DNA of 64,000 bases from Octopus sinensis (lineage: Eukaryota): contig NC_043012.1 in the NCBI RefSeq assembly GCF_006345805.1, positions 37,448,001-37,512,000 on the forward strand, given 5' to 3'. The notes under the pieces were generated by a model. That model had not been told where the DNA came from and searched no databases. It saw only the letters and a program-made list of their open reading frames with translations. The position numbers and the translations under genes were made by a program. Below are positions 55,161 to 64,000 of this stretch, in pieces. Within the stretch, counting starts at the first letter, position 1; each line of letters starts with the position of its first letter.

Positions 55161-56979
55161 GCCTGAACAGCGTGAATGACAGTCTCTTCATTAGCTGTCA
55201 ACATGTGACCATAACGGTTTCGGCACCTTTCAAAAGAACCGTTTCCCCCATCGGTGCATAGCAACAACGAAGTTATCATGGTTTGACCCAGTGGTTTCCG
55301 AGGACCACACCGTGTCACACTTTTACTCTTGCCTTTATCCATAGAAATGGTCAAATATTTCCGAATGCAATATTATTCTTGATTTCTAAAATAAAATATT
55401 CTTTTATCTTCAAATTATTAATTCTAAGATGATTAAGGAATTAGAATTAATGTTTATTGCAAAAAGCAAATGAAATAACTGATGCCTCTGGCATGATTCT
55501 CTTGTACTTCTTTTTCTTTCGAAACCATCAAAACAATCTTTCCTTCAGCCGCTGGAAATATTTTCTCCCATTCTTCCAAAACTTTTATAAAATTACTTTC
55601 AAAAGTATTTGAATTCAGTTTTGTCTTAAGGCTCTATCATAAATGTCCAAGTAGATTCAAGTACGCGAAGATGCATAGCCTAGTATGTGGTGTATGACTG
55701 TTGGGTTGTAGGTTCGATTCTCGAACGGGGTGGTGCATTGTATCGTTGAGTAAGACACTTCATTTTACGTTGCTCTCATCTTGAGCTGAAAGAATTTCTT
55801 TTGAAAGCGACAATTACTTTCTTAAGTGAAAAACCGTCAGCCCTAATATGGCGATGCCACACAATCTAATCATATGGAGCTGATGACAGTTAAGAATTCC
55901 TATTAATTAAAAAAAAAGTGATTGAAAATATTTAAACCAGAAAGAAGATAACTGGAAATCAAGGAATAAAACTAAAAGAAGAAAAACCAACGTATTTTCA
56001 GATTAAAAAACAATAAAAACAAACCACCTAATTGTAATTAAGTTGTTATGATCCTCAAGTGATGTTTTACTGTTTTTAGTTAATCAACTTATGAATATTC
56101 ATTAGAGAGCTATGGCCTTTCTGTATCGTCAACACAACCTTTCCTTTAAGCAGCTCAACCAAATGGACTCTTAGTTTGACAATTTCATCAAGTTGAAAAG
56201 TTGTAGGAAGTAAATAGCAGTGGTTTATCATCCCCATCAGAGATTTAGGAGGAATATCGATTGAATAACCTTTATTGGTGCTTAATAAAAGAAGTGAGAC
56301 AGGGAAAGCAAAAACTTCCGGTTAAGTTTTTTTTTCCTTTCTGCGAAGTGACATTTGATCGTGTCTTTAGTCCAGCTGGATATCGTTTACAGAACGTCAA
56401 CAAAATTTCCTTCAAAATTCAATTAATCTTATCGGAAATACGTTTTTTTTCCTGGTTAAATATCAGCAGGTGATTTAAATAATGTTTGTTTATGACATTA
56501 AATGTTCTTGCTTCAGCAGTGATAGAAAAGCAGATAGGAGTTTAACATTTAATCTCAGTCTGAATATAATATATCTGTCATTGAAATCATCCTGTCTTAT
56601 CCAAAATGTACACAAGAAAGGAGGGATTGGATGACGCAAGAGGTCACTATTGCTGGCACAACATAGCTGTGAGGTTAAGCAGTTGAAATCACGTGTACCT
56701 GGTTTCGGGTCCAGTTCAAATCTATGGCATCTTGGGCAAGTTCTTTCACTATAGCCTCTTGTTGACTAAAACCTCGGCAAATTTATTAGACGGTAATTGT
56801 GAAAAGTTCGAGTGAGGAACTTTTTTCTGTTTTGGGGCCAGAGACATAAACCATCATTACTCTCCACTCGACCCTTGGGTGCCTTTAGCAAACATTGAGG
56901 CTTGTCCTGGTCTTTCGTGTGAAGATAACTTGTTTCCTTGGTCCTTTCAGTATTGAAGGGTCTGTAAAATCATCGAAGA

Positions 56980-57667
56980 GCATTGCTTTTGTTTCGCAAT
57001 TGCGTGGTTTTGGGTTTTCGATTATATTTCCAGTGTTGATATAATTGTCCTTACTACGATGGAAGGCCAGTTTTGGAGAGATTTGTAACGTGGAAATGAG
57101 AGAAAGAAAGCTATAAACACTGTAAGGAACTTTGTCCGGCGCTTTTAGATAAGTCATCACTTATCTAAAGTCCGTGGAACATTAGGCAAAGCCTTCTATA
57201 ATAGCCTCATGTTGACCAAAATCTCGTAAGTGAAATTTAGTTGACGGAAATCGTGTGGAAGCCCGAATGAAAAATCTGTTTTTGTTTTTAGTGAAAGGAA
57301 ACTTAATCCGTCACCCTATTAAACGACTTGCCCTTGATCCTTAAGTGACTTTAATAAAACTCATTCGGGGTTGACAAGGTCTACATTGGGACGATAACTT
57401 CCTTCGGTGTCCCTCCACTGTTGAAGGGCTTCAAAAAAGTGATGATCGCTGTGTTTTAGGTAAATAAGTTACTTTTTATTTAACATAACTAGACCGGGAA
57501 CTTTTTAATACCACCTCGTACCCCGCGTCAGGTGTCGAAGTGATCCCAAAGTAACGTGAGATGAAGTGTTTTGCTCAGGAACACGACGCACCACCCCGTC
57601 TAGGAATTGAAACCACAATCTCGGGATCATGAGTACAAAACTCTAACAAACTAAGCCATGCGTCCTC

Positions 57668-57732
<65 letters not shown>

Positions 57733-58965
57733 TGATCTATTTAGATCTCGGTAGTGTTAAGTATACTTTAAACATATTCTCGTAATGTCGAAAGACACAC
57801 GGTGTAGGAGATAATGACAGAGTTAGGTGGAAGCGACAAGTTGATAAACATTCGATCGGATGTGATATATCGAGTTTATTTAGTACAAGTTAAATAATTG
57901 TTTGCGATGTCTACTAACGTCTTCCTTAATATGGCTTTCATCTGGGGAGAAAGAGAAAGAGGAAAGCGAGAGTGAGAAGGAAAATAGAGATAAAGAAAGA
58001 AAGAAAGAGAGAGAGAAAGAGAAAGAAGAGAGGGAGAGAATACAACCTTGGTTGGTTTCGCTTTCATAGTGGATTCATAGAAAGAATTTTTCATGTCAAG
58101 GAGAGCGTTACGAAGGCAAACAGCAGGTCGGAAGTCATGGCCTGATCTTGGCTTGTTTGTCGTCTTTTACTTGGAATATGTTTGAGAAAAGCGAGCTACT
58201 CAGGGCACGAGCCTCTCCTACATAACTGAAGATGTCAACTAAGTGTTTTGAAGAAGAGGAAACTAAAATATATCATTAAAACAAACTGAGAAAATACCGA
58301 TCTGTATCGCTACTCTGTAGTTTTCCTCCAGCAAAGGAAGTGCAATATGGCGACGTTGCTATTTTACTAATATATTTCAAGTCTGATCGTTGATATTTCC
58401 AATAAATAACTTCATGTGGTTAGTGACAGAGGTACGCAGAAGAAAAACATCTTGTTAAGTAATTTCCGGAATTTCTGAATAGATATTTTATCAAATAAAT
58501 TTAATTTACTGGAAATATTTTCCTCTCTTCACTGACAAAAATAATTAACATTTTGCGTTCTCTGTTTGGAACTAATTGATCCCAATCAGCTACAAATATA
58601 ATTTGAATGTATTTCATTTTTTTTTCAAATAATTTCTATCTTTGGAATGGTGTAGTTTAATTCTGAATAGGTCATACAAATACAATATTATTACTTTTGA
58701 TAATTTCAAAACTGTGTTACCAATATTATTTTAATGAAAATAACAATATATATTTATTTCATTTTTTTCCTGCAACAATTAATATCGATTTTGACTAGTC
58801 AGTGGAGACATAATCGATTAAATCAATTCGATTAGATTTCCAGTGTTTATATCTTTGTCCTTACTACGATGGAAGGCCAGCTCTGGAGAGATTTGAACGT
58901 GGAAATGAGAGAAAGAAAGTTATAAAACACTGTAAGGAACGTTGTCCGGTGCTCTATCACTTATC
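56980..58965. repeat. Two ~120-140 bp copies of a diverged interspersed repeat (57025-57170 and 58835-58970)
   Basis: Shared gtccttactacgatggaaggccag...gagaaagaaag...cactgtaaggaac...tcacttatctaaag. Confidence 0.7.
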
Positions 58966-59199
58966 TAAAGGACTTAATGCAAGACTTTATGCGAGATTGA
59001 CCGAGCTGCTAGAAATAGTAACCAAATCTCTCTCCAAAAGAGAAAAAATAGAAGAGGAAATTGGATCGTGTAGGCCTAAGTGCACTATGCCTGAAAAAGT
59101 TGGCTTGAAGGTCGTGGGTGGAATGCTTTTGATGATGGCGCTGTTGAATCAGATCGTACTTGGAGATCAACAAGAAGAAGAAGAAGTTGGCAGAAACGT

Positions 59200-59602
59200 C
59201 GAGTTGGCAGAATCGTTAGCACGCCGGTTGAAATGCTTAGCGGTATTTCGTCTGCCGCTACGTTCTGAGTTCAAATTCCGCCGAAGTCGACTTTGCCTTT
59301 CATCCTTTCGGGGTCGATAATTAAGTACCAGTTACGCACTGGGGTCGATACAATCGACTTAATCCGTTTGTCTGTCCTTGTTTGTCCTCTCTGTGTTTAG
59401 CCCCTTGTGGGCAGTAAAGAAATAGGTATTTCGTCTGCCGCTACGTTCTGAGTTCAAATTCCGCCGAGGTCGACTTTGCCTTTCATCCTTTCGGGGTCGA
59501 TAAATTAAGTACCAGCTACGCACTGGGGTCGATGTAATCGACTTAATCCCTTCGTTCTTGTTTGTCCCCTCTATGTTTAGCTCCTTGTGGGCAATAAAGA
59601 AA
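59200..59602 (+). mobile_element. tRNA-derived SINE family B with duplicated body
   Basis: Head tggcagaatcgttagc...gttcaaattcc, then gtcgactttgcctttcatcctttcggggtcgata, present twice. Other copies: 20700-20880(-), 22843-22990(+), 26480-26765(+), 29165-29360(-), 30500-30729(-), 33330-33529(-), 34178-34391(-), 39600-39735(-). Confidence 0.85.
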
Positions 59603-60759
59603 TAATAATAATAAGAAGAACATGGACAAGACCAACAATGAATATAATGCAGAAATTAATTCCACGCTCATTTTCAATATTTTGCCAATTTCCTGTTCCG
59701 ACACAATAAGCCAACGTGTGACTTACTCGAACATTCTCAAAGACAGAAGCCATTTTCTAAAAAAATTACAATCAATGATGTGTTTTGTTTTCTCATTGTT
59801 ACTGCCTCCTATTGGCAAAATAAGTTATTAAAACAGCGATATAATCACGTTTAATAAACATCGATAGGTGGGAAGAAATTGAAATATCGTATTTCGTTGT
59901 TGAAAATCTTAGAAAAGTTTGTACTTTGTTGAACCAGGAAATATTGACGTTATTAATTTAACAGACATTTTGAATTATTGTTGAAAAGAAGAAGTTTAAT
60001 AGAATCTTCCCCAGAGCATTTTTTTTTGTTTATTTCACCGAGAAATTGATCGGTAAAACTTTATTAAATGGATAATTAAATGCTTCTTAACCAAAAGTTG
60101 TGGAATTTTCTCCGTTTTAAAATTAGTTAAAAATAACAAGGTTATTGCAGATATGTATTAGGAAATGAATGAACAAAGAAAAAAAGAAGGTAAAACAGGA
60201 GAGGCATGTTTTAACAAATGTTGTTTTGGCTTAACGTGTAAAAGGATGGAAAAGTGTTTTGACGCTTCGGATGCTAGTCCTTCACCAGAAAAATTAAAAA
60301 GTTGTGAAAAGATGGTACGAAAAATAAAAGGAATGAGAAAAAGTGGTGGGGAATGGGAGGAAAAACATAAAGTAAGGGACCAGAGTAAAGTTCTATAGGG
60401 GAAGGTTAAGTAGAAAAGAGGAAGCGGCAGGGCAGAGTGTACGTATAAGAGGGTATCTGTGTATAGAGATTAACATAAGGGAAAATGTGTGTGGTGGTAT
60501 TAAGTGCGTGGGGTTTCTTGAGGTGTGCATAGATGTATGGAAGTGTGCAAGTATGGGAATGTAGTGCTGTGGGGGGTTGTGTGGGAAGAATATGTGTAAG
60601 TGTAAACGTATTGGATGAAAGAGGAAGGCTTGAAGGGGAAGGGTATGAGGCAGGTACGAGAGTAAGGTGAAAGTGATGATAAACGGAATATTTAAACAAA
60701 GACGATGATGAAAACAAGGTATAAATAGTGAAACAAGAATACCTTGAAGATGTACTTAC

Positions 60760-60883
60760 TTTTCCGAAAGTGGCAGCGCAGGCAGGTTCTAGGATTTCTT
60801 GACGACAAAAATCTAAATAATGAGCATAAAGAATGCATCGTGGAAGGCAAACACCATCACAAATGCAGTAGTTATCTTCCAGC
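60760..60883 (-). CDS. RFX6: RFX6-like exon (human exon 3 equivalent), first half of RFX DNA-binding domain
   Basis: Acceptor ttctccaacttctag|g, donor aaa|gtaagt, 124 nt. Translates (W)[41 protein letters not shown], matching recalled human RFX6 [41 protein letters not shown] and not the RFX4 version (VCIPRSALYMHY). Confidence 0.97.
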
Positions 60884-61349
60884 CTAGAAGTTGGAGAGAA
60901 TAGAAGAGAGAAAGAGAAATACATACGATAAATAGGACTGTCGTATTAACTGAGATTCATAGAAAGAGGCTAAATTTTGTATTTTAATGAAATTTAGTAT
61001 AACTTCTTATGAATTGGAGTCGGGAAATGACAGAGAGTATCAGGTTCGTTACCAAACCTCTTCCGTTTGCCCTCTAGCTGACAAGCTTGAATTAATTAGA
61101 GTAGTGATCGAACTCAGGTTTAACACGAGATACGTGCATTTTGTCCTCGACGGAGCGATAGGCATGTCAGCCGTCACTCGCGAGAGAGTATAACTTGGTG
61201 CTGTATACTATGCTTTTACTAACTGTTTTAGATGCCTATGTAGTTAAGAACAAGCATAGGCACCTCGGCTCTTCCAATATTTTTCTTAGCACACCATGAT
61301 ATGAAGAGAGAGGTAGAGAGAGAGAGGGAGAGGGAGAGAGAGAGAGAGG

Positions 61350-61381
<32 letters not shown>

Positions 61382-61567
61382 AAGAGAGAGAGAATTGCAG
61401 CAGTAGAATCAGAGTCTTGTTTGTCTTCATCTAAATAGAGTGGGGCAACGTGAAATGAAGTGCCCTGCGCAAGGACAAAACGCATTGTCTGGTCCAGGAT
61501 TTGAACTCGCAACATTATTATCGTAAACCAAATATCCTAGCCATAAGGCTACTCACCTTCACCCATA

Positions 61568-62578
61568 TGGGATCTTTTCTAAAAGAAGGCCAGATTTTTC
61601 TAGTTAACTAAATAATTTGAAACTTCGTATACTGGTAGAATGTGTCAAAAGAAAACATTAATTTCAAATAATTTTTTGGAGAAAAATGTGTATTCTAACT
61701 TTTACGTAGTTTAATTCTTCGAATTTTAACCAATCATATTCTCTGTTTTGACCTCAATTCATTTACTACCGTGTTATTCATCCTTATCAGTCTTCTGTTT
61801 TCTGACTTCAAAGGCTTGTTTATTTCAATGTCATCCCTGACTTACGGACCGATTACCTGTGTGTGTGTGTGTGTGTTTGTTGTGTATGTGTGTTTGTGTG
61901 TGTGTTTGTGTGTGTGTTTTTTTTTGTTGTGTATGTGTGCGTGTGTGTGTTTGTTGTGTGTGTGTGTTATTGTTGTGTATGTGTGTGTGTTGGGCCACGA
62001 AATTCATCGATTTAAGAGATACACAACACACGCACACATACACAACAAAAAGACACACACACACACATACACAAAAATAACACCCACACACACACAACAA
62101 ACACACACACGCACACACATACACAACAAAAACACACACACACATACATGACAAAAAGACACACACACACACACGCACACATACACAACAAAAAAACACA
62201 CTCACACACACATACACAACAATAACACACACACACACAACAAACACACACACGCACACACATACACAACAAACACACACACACACAGGTAATCGGTCCG
62301 TAAGTCAGGGATGACATTGAAATAAACAAGCCTTTGAAGTCAGAAAACAGAAGACTGATAAGGATGAATAACACGGTAGTAAATGAATTGAGGTCAAAAC
62401 AGAGAATACGATTGGTTAAAATTCGAAGAATTAAACTACGTAAAAGTTAGAATATACATTTTTCTCCCAAAAATTATTTGAAATTAATGTTTTCTTTTGA
62501 CACATTCTACCAGTATACGAAGTTTCAAATTATTTAGTTAACTAGAAAAATCTGGCCTTCTTTTAGAAAAGATCCCCC

Positions 62579-62579
<1 letters not shown>
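61568..62579. mobile_element. ~1 kb foldback/MITE with ~293 bp near-identical TIRs plus inverted (TG/CA)-rich arrays
   Basis: 61568-61860 is the reverse complement of 62287-62579 with only a few differences; TA on each side. Confidence 0.9.
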
Positions 62580-62622
<43 letters not shown>

Positions 62623-62656
62623 ATATATATATAATATATATATATACATACATACA

Positions 62657-62723
<67 letters not shown>

Positions 62724-63243
62724 GATATATATATATATATATATGGCGAACTTACGTGTGATAAATAAACGCGATCTTACGCGCGTTTATTTATCCCTCA
62801 TCATCGCTTGATAACCAGTGTTGTTGTTTTTTTACGTCCCTGTATCTTAGCGGTTCGGCAAAAGGGAACGATAGAATAAATACTAGACTTAAAAATCAAT
62901 ATAGAGGTCGATCTGTCCAACTAAGCCCTTCCAGTCGGTGCTCTAGCATGGCCGCAGTCCAGAAATAAAAACGGGAATGTATTATGAAAAACAGAAATAT
63001 GTTCACTCCGAAACATGGCGATATTTGAATTTCTCCTTTGAAAAACAGTCCACAGCAAAGCGTAACTTAAAGAAGATCTGTTTCCGTTACTAAAGACAAA
63101 ATAAAGTGCATTGTGTTGGTAAAGCCTGTTTTCTCTAGTTTATAACTAGTTAAGAGTATAGACGTCTGTTGAAATTATAGTTTAATATTTAGTTAGCAAT
63201 CTACGTAAATACCCAGTTCTCTCAAATAGAAGACAATATCGTT

Positions 63244-63280
<37 letters not shown>

Positions 63281-64000
63281 GTAATGATATATTTCCGATA
63301 TTGATCCGTTTCAGCTGACGTCACAGTCGGCCATTATTGTCGTTGTATCGTAATTACTGCCCTTTGTCAAATATGTCATTTAAAAGCAACTCCTTCATTG
63401 GGACGTGCAGCTCAGGATCACTCATCTCTGATATCCAAACTAACCAACTTCTCATTCATATAATCCAACGAAAGAAACCATTGTAGAAAAGAAAAAAGAA
63501 AAGAAAAAGAAAAGAAAGAAATAGGTTTTTATAACCAACTGCCATCATAAATGTCGGTAAACATGACGGCCCTCCTACGTTAGCCGCTGTTGAACCGCCA
63601 TCATTTCTTCTGACAAAATCACAAACTCTTTACTTGTATATTTTATTACTTTAAATTTCTTTCACAATCTCCCTCCTCCCACCACCGCCGCTACCCTCTC
63701 TTTCTTATCCTCCCCCCCCTTTCCTCTCCCCGTCGTCCACCATCTTGTAGTATTTAGCAACTTTACAACTCTCAGTTCTCTCCTCATTGCCGTGTCTGCA
63801 AATATTGGCTTTTTCTTCCGTCCCTTTGTGCGCCCCATGCGCTATCACAATTTATCTTACGACTGTCAGAATCTTTAATTTTCCTTCCAGATGTTTCTGT
63901 TCAGTTGGAGAGCGTCACGTTGTATTTCAGTGTTATATCGATCTCAAGTAGAAAAAAAAAAGGGTGATGGTAATGGCGACGGCGTCGTCGTCGTCGATGG

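Noticed and set aside
58949-59320. 123 aa ORF
   Set aside because: The second half is a SINE B translation and the first half has no recognisable motif.
63880-63935. Plus-strand acceptor-like ttttccttccag suggesting an antisense exon
   Set aside because: No convincing donor, ORF or partner exons.
60884-64000. Search for the upstream RFX6 exon ending ...LQW
   Set aside because: No matching coding segment with a phase 2 donor was found, so it is presumably beyond the window.

Overview
AT-rich animal genomic DNA. The SINE, microsatellite and LINE content looks like an Octopus genome (recognised from memory, not searched). The whole window lies inside one minus-strand gene, an RFX6 orthologue. 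I traced ten coding exons (equivalent to human exons 3-12, 944 nt) with canonical GT-AG sites and consistent phases, encoding the winged-helix DNA-binding domain, the B/C domains and the start of the dimerisation region. Both gene ends lie outside the window. The introns (0.5-23.5 kb) contain: a full-length, probably near-intact (TAA)n-targeted R4/Dong retrotransposon and a ~99% identical 5'-truncated copy in the opposite orientation; older R4 relics; two decayed Tc1/mariner elements (DD41D, DD37D); three tRNA-derived SINE families; an unclassified ~550 bp element found twice inside (TAA)n; several foldback elements; and a 1.17 kb tandem duplication. They also contain about ten short Penelope-type fragments from about seven sequence families carrying type I hammerhead ribozyme motifs, three families with a CCGANGA core in place of CUGANGA. 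Almost all ORFs in the supplied track are microsatellite artefacts. All alignments and folds were done by eye.
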